Assembly (NCBI GenBank): GCA_020352775.1
Contig: CP070684.1
Coordinates: 1,198,795-1,260,801, forward strand
Reading direction: 5' to 3'
Length of the DNA: 62,007 nucleotides
Source: Candidatus Omnitrophota bacterium
GTDB lineage: Bacteria; Omnitrophota; Gorgyraeia; Duberdicusellales; 4484-171
Below are positions 25,927-35,235 of the stretch, in pieces. The notes under the pieces were generated by a model. It worked only from the letters and a program-made list of their open reading frames with translations, searched no databases and had not been told where the DNA came from. Numbering within the stretch: position 1 is the first letter of the stretch; every line of letters starts with the position of its first letter. The position numbers were made by a program, and so were the translations under genes.

Positions 25927-25982
25927 CCAAATTATTTTTTATAGAGCATGTATTTAACCGGCAATAAAAATCAAGATTTTCC

Positions 25983-26459
25983 ATGGATATAAATGTCCTC
26001 GATTATCTGGATAAGGATAGTATTCTTCTAGGGGTAAAACAAAAGAATAAGAAACAGATCCTCTCGCATTTACTAGACCATTTCATCAAGAAAAAGAAAA
26101 TAAAAAAAACTGATAAAAACGAGATCTTAAAGGCTTTGCTGCAGAGAGAAGAAATGGGATCTACTGCGATTGGGGGACGCATTGCCCTTCCGCATGCGCG
26201 AATCGATTCCGCAAAAAAAGTTGTGTTGGGACTTCTGGTTTCTAAAGAAGGGGTTAATTTTGAATCATTAGACCAGGAGCCGGTAAATATTGTCGCGCTC
26301 TTACTTTCTAGCCAGAAGGAAGCAGGATTGCATTTAAAGATGCTGGCATTTTTGGCAAGGATGTTGCGTGATAAGTATTTTGTTCAGCAGTTAAAAAATA
26401 GTAAAGATGAGGAGCAAATTCTTGCTTTGGTAAAAAGACACCAGAAAGTGATGCGATAA
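25983..26459 (+). CDS. ptsN: PTS EIIA-type nitrogen-regulatory protein
   Basis: EIIA(Fru/Ntr) fold of 158 aa. GSTAIGGRIALPHARI carries the phosphorylatable His. Confidence 0.8.
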   Translation: MDINVLDYLDKDSILLGVKQKNKKQILSHLLDHFIKKKKIKKTDKNEILKALLQREEMGSTAIGGRIALPHARIDSAKKVVLGLLVSKEGVNFESLDQEPVNIVALLLSSQKEAGLHLKMLAFLARMLRDKYFVQQLKNSKDEEQILALVKRHQKVMR

Positions 26460-26468
26460 CAAATAATT

Positions 26469-27734
26469 ATGAAGAAAGTTTTAAAAATCATACGTTGGTT
26501 TTATCCGGGGCTTAAGATAAAGAGATGGATTACGCTTTTGGTCGTAGGACTCTTTCTCATTTTGATTTCAGCTCCCCACATCTCTGGTAAGGACGCTTAT
26601 TTTGTAATGGATGTAATGTATGTGGTTTTATTCACCATCGGCTCCATAGGTCTCGTGGTTGGAGTAGCTTATCTTATAAGAAGCTTTTTTGAAGCGATTT
26701 ACCCTCAAAAAGAAAAAAAGCTTATAGATATAATCTATGAAAAGAGGTTTTTATCGCGCGGTCCAAAACTTGTTGCGATTGGCGGGGGTACAGGACTTTC
26801 CACGGTATTAGAGGGCTTAAAGGAATTTACTTCCAATATTACGGCAATAGTTGCTGTGGCTGATGAAGGAGGGTCTTCGGGAAGATTGCGTGAGGAGTTT
26901 GGAATACTTCCGCCCGGAGACATAAGGAATTGTCTTGTTTCTCTGGCTGAGGCTCCGCAGTTGATGAGAGATTTATTTCAGTACCGTTTTAGAGAAGGAG
27001 ATGGGATAAAGGGGCATAGCTTTGGAAATATTTTTATCACCGCTATGACACAAGCTACCGGAAGCTTTGAGGCCGCAGTAAAAGAATCCAGTAAGGTTTT
27101 AGCGATTAGAGGAAGAGTAATTCCTTCCAGTTTAGACAGGATACGCCTTAAAGCTGAGTATCAAGATGGTACCATAAAGGAAGGAGAAGATAAAATACCC
27201 GAGGAAGGAAAATCCATAAGAAAAATATACCTTATGCCCGAAAACCCCCATCCTAATCCAGAGGCAATCGAGGCCATACAGGAGGCGGAAATAATAATTC
27301 TGGGGCCAGGCAGTCTTTTTACCAGTATCTTGCCCAATCTTTTGATTGGGCCCATAAGCAGAGAGCTTGCAAAAAAAGATGTGATGAAGATGTATCTTTG
27401 TAATGTGATGACGCAGAACGGTGAGACCGACGGGTTTACCGCGGCAGACCACTTGCAGATACTCATTGATCACGCCAACTCCAATGTTGCGAACTGCTGT
27501 CTGGTTAATTCCGGGCGCCTGGAATACAAATTACTTCTTAAATACGCTCAGGAGAAGTCTTTTCCAGTGGTATTCGACCGGGTGCGGATAAAGAAAATGG
27601 GTGTTAAGGTTTTTGAAGCAGATATCGTAAGTAGAACTAATTATTTGCGCCACGATAGTCTCGTAGCAGCAAGAGAAATAATAAAGATTTATAATTCTTA
27701 TAAACGGGGATGGAAAAAGTCCAGAAAGAAATAA
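26469..27734 (+). CDS. yvcK: YvcK/CofD-family (gluconeogenesis factor, UDP-sugar-binding) protein with N-terminal two-TM extension
   Basis: Core begins at PKLVAIGGGTGLSTVLEGLK, with ADEGGSSGRLR, GPGSLFTSILPNL and further family motifs. It is preceded by ~98 aa holding two hydrophobic helices (WITLLVVGLFLILISAP, VMYVVLFTIGSIGLVVGVAYLI). Confidence 0.8.
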   Translation: MKKVLKIIRWFYPGLKIKRWITLLVVGLFLILISAPHISGKDAYFVMDVMYVVLFTIGSIGLVVGVAYLIRSFFEAIYPQKEKKLIDIIYEKRFLSRGPKLVAIGGGTGLSTVLEGLKEFTSNITAIVAVADEGGSSGRLREEFGILPPGDIRNCLVSLAEAPQLMRDLFQYRFREGDGIKGHSFGNIFITAMTQATGSFEAAVKESSKVLAIRGRVIPSSLDRIRLKAEYQDGTIKEGEDKIPEEGKSIRKIYLMPENPHPNPEAIEAIQEAEIIILGPGSLFTSILPNLLIGPISRELAKKDVMKMYLCNVMTQNGETDGFTAADHLQILIDHANSNVANCCLVNSGRLEYKLLLKYAQEKSFPVVFDRVRIKKMGVKVFEADIVSRTNYLRHDSLVAAREIIKIYNSYKRGWKKSRKK

Positions 27735-27976
27735 CCGTAAATAACCCCCATGGGTTACATGCACGTCCAGCTTCGCTTTTTGTTCAAATCGCCAACAAGT
27801 TTGATTCAGTCGTACACCTAGAGCGAGAGGGAGAGGCGGTAGATGGTAAGTCTATAATTGCAGTACTTAGTCTGGGAATAAACAAAGGAATGAAGGTAAA
27901 ATTAATCGTGGAGGGCAATGACTCTCCTTTGGCTTTTAAAGAATTGAAAGAATTTTTGGAGAAAGAACATGATTAA
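27710..27976 (+). CDS. ptsH: phosphocarrier protein HPr/NPr
   Basis: NPHGLHARPAS (His15) and DGKSIIAVLSLG (Ser46 context). Overlaps the yvcK 3' end by 25 nt. Confidence 0.85.
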   Translation: MEKVQKEITVNNPHGLHARPASLFVQIANKFDSVVHLEREGEAVDGKSIIAVLSLGINKGMKVKLIVEGNDSPLAFKELKEFLEKEHD

Positions 27977-29726
27977 ATTAAAAGGAATCGCGGCTTCGAG
28001 TGGCATTGCAATTTCAAAAGCCTACTGTATCGGCAAAGAGGAGTTTTCTGTTCCACAGAAGAAAATTTCCCATGCAGATATTTCCCGCGAGATATACCGC
28101 CTAGAAGAGGCACTGATTGAGACACGTCGGGAGCTTTTTGCCCTGCAAAAAAGAATTGCGGATGAGCTGGGGTTTGATCATGCCAGGATTTTTGAGGCAC
28201 ATTTACTTGTATTGGAAGACAGGGTTTTAATCGAAGATATTATCCAGCAGATTAAATATAAAAAGGTTAACGTTGAATACGCTTTTAGTCAGAGTATTCA
28301 AAAATTCGTCAAAACTCTCCTTAAGCTTGAAGATGAGTATCTCAGGGAGCGGGTAATTGATATTGAAGATGTATCCCGCCGTGTCTTAAGAAAACTTCTT
28401 AAAAAAGAAACACTTAGCCTGGAAGATTTAAAAGAGAAAGTCATTATTGTGGCCCATGACCTTTCACCTTCACAGACCGCAACTCTTCCCAAGGAGGAGT
28501 TGTTAGGGTTTGTTACTGATATCGGAGGCAGAACCTCTCATACTACAATCATTGCGCGAAGCTTAGGTATCCCGGCAGTAGTGGGTATCGAGGTTGCTAC
28601 GCGAAACATTAAACCTGGAGACAAAATTATTATCGATGGTTATGAGGGAACTGTAATAGTAAACCCCACTTCTAAAGTTTTAAAAGATTATCATAAAAAA
28701 TTAGCGAAGGTAACCAGAGAGATTAAGGCAATCCATATTCCCAGGGTTGTAAAGGTACATACTTCGGATAAACGCGAGGTGGTTGTTTCCGGTAATGTAG
28801 AATTTCCTGAGGAAATTCCTTTAATTCAAGAGTATGCTGCCGAAGGAATTGGTCTTTATCGTACGGAATATATTTTCCTTGGTAAAAGACTATTACCCAC
28901 CGAAGATGAACAATTTAAGGCTTATGTTAGCGCAGCAAAAAAAGTTAAGCCCCATTCAGTAATCATAAGAACTATTGACATCGGAGGAGATAAATTTCTT
29001 TCTAAACCTATTGTTCCTGCAGAAATGAGACCGTTTTTAGGCTGGCGCGCAATCAGATTCTGTTTAGCCCGGCCTGATATTTTTAAAACACAATTAAGAG
29101 CGATTTTGCGCGCATCCGCAGAAGGAAACATCAAAGTGATGTTTCCAATGATTTCAGGGTTAGAAGAGTTGCGCGCTTCTAAAAAACTCCTGGAAGAGTG
29201 TAAGAAAGAGCTAAAGAAGGAAGGAAAGAAGTTTGATACAAGGATTTCAGTGGGCACGATGATAGAGGTTCCATCGGCGGCACTTACCGCGGATGCCTTA
29301 GCTAAAGAAAGTGATTTTTTTAGCATCGGGACAAACGATCTAATTCAGTATTCCTTAGCGGTAGACAGGGGCAATGAAAAAGTTGCTTATCTTTATGAGC
29401 CAGGGCATCCGGCGGTTTTACGCATGATAAAAGATGTGATTGAAGATGCTCACAGGAATAATATCTGGGTTGGGATGTGCGGGGAAATGTCAGGGGAACC
29501 GCTTTTTACTTTGCTTCTTTTGGGAATGGGGCTTGATGAATTTAGTATGCCCCCGCCTCGCGTCTCGCGCGTCAAAGAACTCATACGTAATGTTAACTAT
29601 AGCGATGCACGCAAGATTGCCGAACGTGTATTGTCGTTTACTACCCCCAGGGAAGTCGAGAGATATTTACAGGCAGAGGCAAAAAAACTTTTGCGAGATA
29701 ATTTCGAACGCCTCATAATTATCTAA
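27969..29726 (+). CDS. ptsI: phosphoenolpyruvate-protein phosphotransferase (Enzyme I)
   Basis: GGRTSHTTIIARSLGIPAVVG (phospho-His) and a PEP-utiliser barrel with GTNDLIQY and MCGEMSG. Overlaps the ptsH stop. Confidence 0.9.
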   Translation: MIKLKGIAASSGIAISKAYCIGKEEFSVPQKKISHADISREIYRLEEALIETRRELFALQKRIADELGFDHARIFEAHLLVLEDRVLIEDIIQQIKYKKVNVEYAFSQSIQKFVKTLLKLEDEYLRERVIDIEDVSRRVLRKLLKKETLSLEDLKEKVIIVAHDLSPSQTATLPKEELLGFVTDIGGRTSHTTIIARSLGIPAVVGIEVATRNIKPGDKIIIDGYEGTVIVNPTSKVLKDYHKKLAKVTREIKAIHIPRVVKVHTSDKREVVVSGNVEFPEEIPLIQEYAAEGIGLYRTEYIFLGKRLLPTEDEQFKAYVSAAKKVKPHSVIIRTIDIGGDKFLSKPIVPAEMRPFLGWRAIRFCLARPDIFKTQLRAILRASAEGNIKVMFPMISGLEELRASKKLLEECKKELKKEGKKFDTRISVGTMIEVPSAALTADALAKESDFFSIGTNDLIQYSLAVDRGNEKVAYLYEPGHPAVLRMIKDVIEDAHRNNIWVGMCGEMSGEPLFTLLLLGMGLDEFSMPPPRVSRVKELIRNVNYSDARKIAERVLSFTTPREVERYLQAEAKKLLRDNFERLIII

Positions 29727-29755
29727 ACATTAAAGTTCAAGGAGAAGAATAAATA

Positions 29756-30487
29756 ATGAGGATACTGATTCTGGCAGCCGGCTACGGTACACGGCTCTAT
29801 CCTTTAACCCAAACAACCGCCAAGTCTCTTATTCCCGTCAATAAAAAACCGATAATCAATTTCTTAACCGATAAAATTATAAGGCTTGAAAATAATTTTG
29901 AGATTGAGCAGACAAAAGTGGTTGTTAACAACAAGTTTTACGAGGATTTCTTGGAGTGGGAAAAGGGAATCGAGATAAAGGCCGATATCCTTAATGACGG
30001 CTCCAATACTAACGAAGACAGATTAGGGGCTATAAAAGATATCAATTTTGGAATTGGGGGGAAAAAAGGAGATTGGTTGATTTTGGGGGGCGATAATATT
30101 TTTGATGATGATTTACAGGATTTTGTTAAGTTTGCGCTCGCGAAAAAACCTTTTCCGGTAATTGGACTTTATGACATTGGCGACATAAAGGATGCTTCTA
30201 AATTCGGGGTAGTAAAATTAAACCCCGATAAGCAGATTGTTGAGTTTCAGGAAAAACCCGCTAATCCTGCCTCAACCTTAATTGCTTCCTGTGTGTATTA
30301 TTTTCCAGAAGAATCAATGTCTTTTTTGGATGAATATCTTAGGTCCCAAAGCCATGTTGACCAGGCAGGGCATTACATTTCCTGGCTGGCTCATCAGACA
30401 AAGGTTTTTGGCTACACCCTTAAAGGAAACTGGCTCGATATCGGGCATCATGAATCATTAAAAACTGCCGAAAAGATGTTTCGGTGA
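29756..30487 (+). CDS. sugar-phosphate nucleotidyltransferase (NTP_transferase family)
   Basis: ILAAGYGTRLYPLT matches the G-x-G-T-R-L signature. 243 aa single domain; substrate not determinable. Confidence 0.75.
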   Translation: MRILILAAGYGTRLYPLTQTTAKSLIPVNKKPIINFLTDKIIRLENNFEIEQTKVVVNNKFYEDFLEWEKGIEIKADILNDGSNTNEDRLGAIKDINFGIGGKKGDWLILGGDNIFDDDLQDFVKFALAKKPFPVIGLYDIGDIKDASKFGVVKLNPDKQIVEFQEKPANPASTLIASCVYYFPEESMSFLDEYLRSQSHVDQAGHYISWLAHQTKVFGYTLKGNWLDIGHHESLKTAEKMFR

Positions 30488-30511
30488 GAGAGTCTTTAAA
30501 CAAGGAGTGAA

Positions 30512-31570
30512 ATGAAGTTAAAAAAATTAAGAGAAAAAATTGATAAGATCGACTCTCAAATCCTCAAACTGCTTAATGAGCGCGCCAAGGAGGTAATGGG
30601 GGTTAGTCAGCTTAAAAAAGTAAATAATCTCCAGCTGTATTCTCCTGAAAGAGAGGCTCTCATCCTTAGCCGTCTTAAAAAGATTAACAAGGGCCCGCTT
30701 GTTAATGAAGATGTGGAGATGATTTTTAGGGAAGTGGTTTCGGTATGTCGCTCCTTAAGAGCCCAGTTAAAAATCGCCTATCTTGGGCCTGAAGGTACCT
30801 TTACCCATTTAGCTGCGATAAAAAAATTCGGCAAGAAACTGAAGTATATCCCTGCTGAAAGCATTCCAGGAGTGTTTGAAAAGGTAGAGAAGGGTGAGGT
30901 TGATTACGGAGTTGTCCCCATTGAAAACTCTATCGAGGGGGTAGTCAATTATACCCTTGATATGTTTTTTTCTTCCCCCTTAAAAGTATGCGCTGAGATT
31001 GTGCTAAATATTTCACACTCTTTGCTGGGCACATCGGGCAAGAAAATAAAAAGAATATACTCTAATCCTCAGGTATTTGCGCAATGCCGAAAATGGATTT
31101 CTCAAACCTATCCCAACATAGAGCTGGTTCCCACTGCTTCTACGGCTAAGGCTGCTCAGGCTGCAAAAAAGGATCCGCAAGGCGCCTGTATCGGAAATAG
31201 CGTTTTAGCTGGGCTTTATGGTTTAAAAGTTATTGCTTCTTCTATCGAAGATTCGTCATCTAATATCACGCGGTTTTTGGTGATTGCCAAGAACGATAGC
31301 CCATCTTCCGGCAAAGACAAAACCTCAATTTTATTCTCTATCAAAGACAGGGTGGGAGCATTACACGATGTGCTTTTCTCTTTCAAAAAACACCGCATAA
31401 ACCTTACTAAGATTGAATCGCGCCCCTCTAAAAAGAAACCCTGGGATTATTACTTCTTTGTGGATTTTGAGGGACACCGGGAATCAGCACTTTTTAAGAA
31501 GGCGCTTAAAGAGTTGGAAAAAGGTTGTATTTTTGTGAAAATCTTAGGTTCCTACCCCAAAGAAAGTTAA
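30512..31570 (+). CDS. pheA: bifunctional chorismate mutase / prephenate dehydratase
   Basis: Chorismate mutase helix LREKIDKIDSQILKLLNERA, PDT domain IAYLGPEGTFTH, and a C-terminal ACT domain (GALHDVL, ESRPS). Confidence 0.9.
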   Translation: MKLKKLREKIDKIDSQILKLLNERAKEVMGVSQLKKVNNLQLYSPEREALILSRLKKINKGPLVNEDVEMIFREVVSVCRSLRAQLKIAYLGPEGTFTHLAAIKKFGKKLKYIPAESIPGVFEKVEKGEVDYGVVPIENSIEGVVNYTLDMFFSSPLKVCAEIVLNISHSLLGTSGKKIKRIYSNPQVFAQCRKWISQTYPNIELVPTASTAKAAQAAKKDPQGACIGNSVLAGLYGLKVIASSIEDSSSNITRFLVIAKNDSPSSGKDKTSILFSIKDRVGALHDVLFSFKKHRINLTKIESRPSKKKPWDYYFFVDFEGHRESALFKKALKELEKGCIFVKILGSYPKES

Positions 31571-32688
31571 TGAGCATATTTCTAAAAGACCTTAAAAGCA
31601 TTAAGCCCTATACTCCAGGCAAACCCATCGAAGAAGTACAAAGAGAGCTTGGCTTAAAGCAGGTTTATAAGCTTGCTTCCAATGAGATCCCTTTTATTCC
31701 CACCTATTTGAGTAAAGAAATCCTTAAAGAGCTAAAAAGTATTAACCGTTATCCTGAGGCAAGTTGTTTTTATCTGAAGAGAGCTTTAGCCAAGCAGCTT
31801 AAAGTAAACGAGGATCGGCTTGTGTTTGGCAATGGCTCGGATGAGCTTATTACTCTCACTTTACGCGTCTCCATTGAAAAAGGCGATGAAGTAATTGTTG
31901 CTTATCCTACATTTTTAATTTATGAAATTCAAGCAAAAGCCCAGGGCGCTAAAGTAGTAACTGCTCCTTTAAAAGATTTTCGTTACGATTTAGAAATAAT
32001 GGCAAAGAAGGTTAGCAAAAAAACAAAGATTATATTTATTGCTAATCCCGATAATCCTACCGGAACATATTTGACGCATAAGGAGCTAGAACAATTCTTT
32101 AAACGCATACCTAAAAGAGTACTTGTTTTTCTTGATGAGGCATATTTTGATTTTGCACCCTCTGATTATCCCCGTAGTTTAGAATTCTTAAAGAACAGAG
32201 GAAATATCATTATTGCCCGCACTTTTTCAAAAGCTTATGGCCTTGCCGGGGTAAGAATTGGTTACGGGATAACAACACCTCAGATTGCTACCGCTTTAAA
32301 CACAGTTAGAGAGCCGTTTAATGTAAACCGTTTTGCTCAGGTTTGCGCCTTAGCGGCATTAAAGAATAAGGAGTTTTTATCGAACGTGGTTAATTTTGTG
32401 AAGAAAGAAAAGAATTATTTATATAGCGAGCTTGAGAAATTAAATGTTTCGTTTATAAAAAGCGCCACTAATTTTATCCTCATCGACTTTAAGCAGAATA
32501 CTACCGATATCTATAATTATTTCTTAAGAAAAGGTATTATTGTCAGGGAGTTAAAAGGGTGGGGATTGAATGGTTTTTTCAGGGTAACAGTTGGTCGGCA
32601 TAATGAGAATAAAGAATTCATAGATTGCTTTAAAGTATATTTGAGGACAAAATTTAGGTCTCGAAAGACAAGAGGAGGCAGGAGATGA
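31570..32688 (+). CDS. hisC: histidinol-phosphate/aromatic aminotransferase
   Basis: Class II aminotransferase with PLP-Lys context RTFSKAYGLAGVRIGY. ATG 31570 overlaps the pheA stop (TAATG), so the listed 31525 start is unlikely. Confidence 0.85.
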   Translation: MSIFLKDLKSIKPYTPGKPIEEVQRELGLKQVYKLASNEIPFIPTYLSKEILKELKSINRYPEASCFYLKRALAKQLKVNEDRLVFGNGSDELITLTLRVSIEKGDEVIVAYPTFLIYEIQAKAQGAKVVTAPLKDFRYDLEIMAKKVSKKTKIIFIANPDNPTGTYLTHKELEQFFKRIPKRVLVFLDEAYFDFAPSDYPRSLEFLKNRGNIIIARTFSKAYGLAGVRIGYGITTPQIATALNTVREPFNVNRFAQVCALAALKNKEFLSNVVNFVKKEKNYLYSELEKLNVSFIKSATNFILIDFKQNTTDIYNYFLRKGIIVRELKGWGLNGFFRVTVGRHNENKEFIDCFKVYLRTKFRSRKTRGGRR

Positions 32689-33701
32689 TTATTGTATTTA
32701 AGAGAGGCGCATCGCAAGCAGAGGTCAATCACGTAATTAAGCGCATTGAGAAGCTGGGATTAAAAGCAATGATTTCTAAGGGGGTGGAGAGGACTATCGT
32801 AGGAGTAATCGGCCCTGAAGATGCGATACGCGTTCAGCCCATAGAGGTCTTTCCCGGGGTTGAAAAAGTAATGACTGTTTTGCCTCCTTATAAGCTTGTC
32901 TCCCGGGAGTTTAAAAAAGAAGACAGTATCGTAAAAATTAGAGAAGGGTTAGAGTTTGGTGCAAAAAAAATAATAGTGATCGCTGGCCCCTGCTCAATTG
33001 AATCGATTGAGCAGTTAAGAAAGATTGCAGCTAAAGTGAAAGGGTCAGGCGCGAACGTGCTGCGTGGCGGAGCTTTTAAACCGCGCACCTCTCCTTACGC
33101 GTTTCAGGGGTTAGGAGAAGAAGGATTGAAGATTCTTAGAAGCGTATCAAAGGAATTAGATATTCCTAGTGCTACTGAGGTTATGGATACCAGGGATGTA
33201 GAGCTGGTAGCAAAATATACCGATATTTTACAAATCGGGGCGCGCAACATGCAGAATTTTAATCTCCTTAAAGAGGTAGGACAGACTAAGAAACCGGTCA
33301 TTCTAAAGAGGGGTTTAAGCGCGACCATTAAAGAGTGGTTGATGAGTGCCGAATATATATTATCCGAAGGAAACATGGATGTTATTCTTTGTGAAAGAGG
33401 GATAAGGACATTTGAAGACCATACTCGCAACACGCTGGATATAAGTGCGGTGCATGCCGTAAAATTCCTTTCTCATCTTCCTGTGATTGTTGATCCTTCT
33501 CATGCCGCAGGCAAGTGGAATTTTGTCGCCCCCTTAAGTAAGGCTGCGGTAGCAGCAGGAGCAGATGGGCTTCTGGTTGAGGTACATCCTAATCCCGAAG
33601 AGGCATTAAGTGATGGCCCTCAGCAGCTTTATCCGGAAAACTTCTCAACTTTGATGAGGGATTTAAAAAGAATCGCGCAGGCCGTAGAAAGAGAATTATG
33701 A
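32685..33701 (+). CDS. aroF: 3-deoxy-7-phosphoheptulonate (DAHP) synthase, type I-beta with N-terminal regulatory domain
   Basis: Core motifs IIVIAGPCSIES, LRGGAFKPRTSPY and PVIVDPSH. A ~70 aa ferredoxin-like N-terminal domain as in the Thermotoga enzyme. ATGA overlap with hisC. Confidence 0.9.
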   Translation: MIIVFKRGASQAEVNHVIKRIEKLGLKAMISKGVERTIVGVIGPEDAIRVQPIEVFPGVEKVMTVLPPYKLVSREFKKEDSIVKIREGLEFGAKKIIVIAGPCSIESIEQLRKIAAKVKGSGANVLRGGAFKPRTSPYAFQGLGEEGLKILRSVSKELDIPSATEVMDTRDVELVAKYTDILQIGARNMQNFNLLKEVGQTKKPVILKRGLSATIKEWLMSAEYILSEGNMDVILCERGIRTFEDHTRNTLDISAVHAVKFLSHLPVIVDPSHAAGKWNFVAPLSKAAVAAGADGLLVEVHPNPEEALSDGPQQLYPENFSTLMRDLKRIAQAVEREL

Positions 33702-34564
33702 AATCTATAAAGAAAATAGCAATTATCGGCGTGGGGTTTATGGGCGGTTCTCTGGCTCTGGCGTTAAAGAAATCATATCCGTATATATCTATTTGGGGTT
33801 TTGCAAGAAGCAAAAGATCTTTATATAGAATTAAAAAGCTCAATGTTTTTAATAGGATAGAACAAAACCTAAAGGATTTAGTAAAAGATGCTGATTTAAT
33901 TGTGCTGGCGCTTCCTATTTACGCTATCATTGAGATGTTAAAGAAAATATCGCCGTTTTTAAAAAAAGATGCAATCGTATGCGATTTGGGTAGCACCAAA
34001 GAGTTAGTTGAGAAAAGCGCTCACAAGATTCTACCTAAAGGGGTCAAGTTTGTGGGCTGTCATCCTTTATGCGGGGGTGAAAAACACGGAGCTGAATTCA
34101 GTAAAGCTGATCTCTACAAAGGAGCGTTATGTTTAGTGACTTCTTCGCCTAAGAGGAGCGCCTCTAAAACCGTCGATAAGATTTGGAAAAAACTGGGAAT
34201 GAAGACAATCTATATTTCTCCTTCTTTTCATGATAAGGTTTTGTCTCCTTTCTCTCACCTGCCGCATTTTATTTCTTTTTCTCTCACCCGTTCTACGCCT
34301 TTAAAGTATGCCGGGTATTCTGGGGCAAGCTTTAAGGACTTAACCAGGATATCAAATTCCCCACCTTCGGTTTGGACTGATATTTTTCTTTCTAATAAAA
34401 AGAACATCTTGAAAGATATCGCACAATTTATGAAGATGATGCAAGATTTTAAAGAGCTTATACGCAGGAACAACAGGCAAGGTATTCTTCGTTTCATCAC
34501 CCAGGTAAATAAAGCTCAAGAGTCTTTAGAGAAAAGATTAGCGATTAAGCCCCGGACCAAATAA
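33698..34564 (+). CDS. tyrA: prephenate dehydrogenase
   Basis: NAD fold IAIIGVGFMGGSLA and catalytic region GCHPLCGGEKHG. ATGA overlap with aroF. Confidence 0.85.
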   Translation: MKSIKKIAIIGVGFMGGSLALALKKSYPYISIWGFARSKRSLYRIKKLNVFNRIEQNLKDLVKDADLIVLALPIYAIIEMLKKISPFLKKDAIVCDLGSTKELVEKSAHKILPKGVKFVGCHPLCGGEKHGAEFSKADLYKGALCLVTSSPKRSASKTVDKIWKKLGMKTIYISPSFHDKVLSPFSHLPHFISFSLTRSTPLKYAGYSGASFKDLTRISNSPPSVWTDIFLSNKKNILKDIAQFMKMMQDFKELIRRNNRQGILRFITQVNKAQESLEKRLAIKPRTK

Positions 34565-34581
34565 AATCGGAGTAACTTTCT

Positions 34582-35235
34582 ATGATTATCGCCATAGACG
34601 GCCCAGCCGGCTCAGGAAAAACCACAGCCGCAAAAAGATTAGCCCAAAAACTTAACATCGGATATTTAGACACCGGTGCCACTTATCGCGCTCTGACTCT
34701 TAAGGCGTTAGAGAGTGGCTTAGATTTATCCGATAGCCAGTCTTTGCAGAATTTAGCAAAGAATTTGGATATAAGATTAGAAAAAGATAAGACTTTTCTT
34801 GATGGAAAAGACGTAAGCCACACGATACGCACCCCCCGCATTAATCAGAATATTTCCCAGGTAGTTGGGCATCCCCAGGTAAGGGAGATAATGGTGGTTT
34901 TGCAGCGAAAAATCGCAGAAAATAAAGATTTTGTGGTAGAAGGAAGAGATATCACTACCGTGGTATTCCCAAGCGCAGAGTTTAAATTTTATCTCGATGC
35001 GGATTTTGCAGTGCGGGTAGAGCGAAGACTTAAAGAATTTAAAGAAAAACAAATAGAAGCTGATTCAGACCTCGTCGAAGAAGACTTAAAGAAAAGAGAC
35101 AATGCTGATATGAATCGTGAGGTCGGCTCTTTAAAAGTAGCGAAAGATGCAATCCACATCGATACTACAAACCTTTCTATTGAAGAAGTGGTGGGAGAGC
35201 TTGCCGGATATGTAAAAAGACAGGTATCAAAATGA
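34582..35235 (+). CDS. cmk: cytidylate kinase
   Basis: IIAIDGPAGSGKTT P-loop, GATYRA and VEGRDI motifs. Confidence 0.9.
   Translation: MIIAIDGPAGSGKTTAAKRLAQKLNIGYLDTGATYRALTLKALESGLDLSDSQSLQNLAKNLDIRLEKDKTFLDGKDVSHTIRTPRINQNISQVVGHPQVREIMVVLQRKIAENKDFVVEGRDITTVVFPSAEFKFYLDADFAVRVERRLKEFKEKQIEADSDLVEEDLKKRDNADMNREVGSLKVAKDAIHIDTTNLSIEEVVGELAGYVKRQVSK

Noticed and set aside
28922-29326. 134-aa ORF antisense within ptsI
   Set aside because: It lies inside a strongly conserved Enzyme I coding region and resembles no family, so it is a typical shadow ORF.
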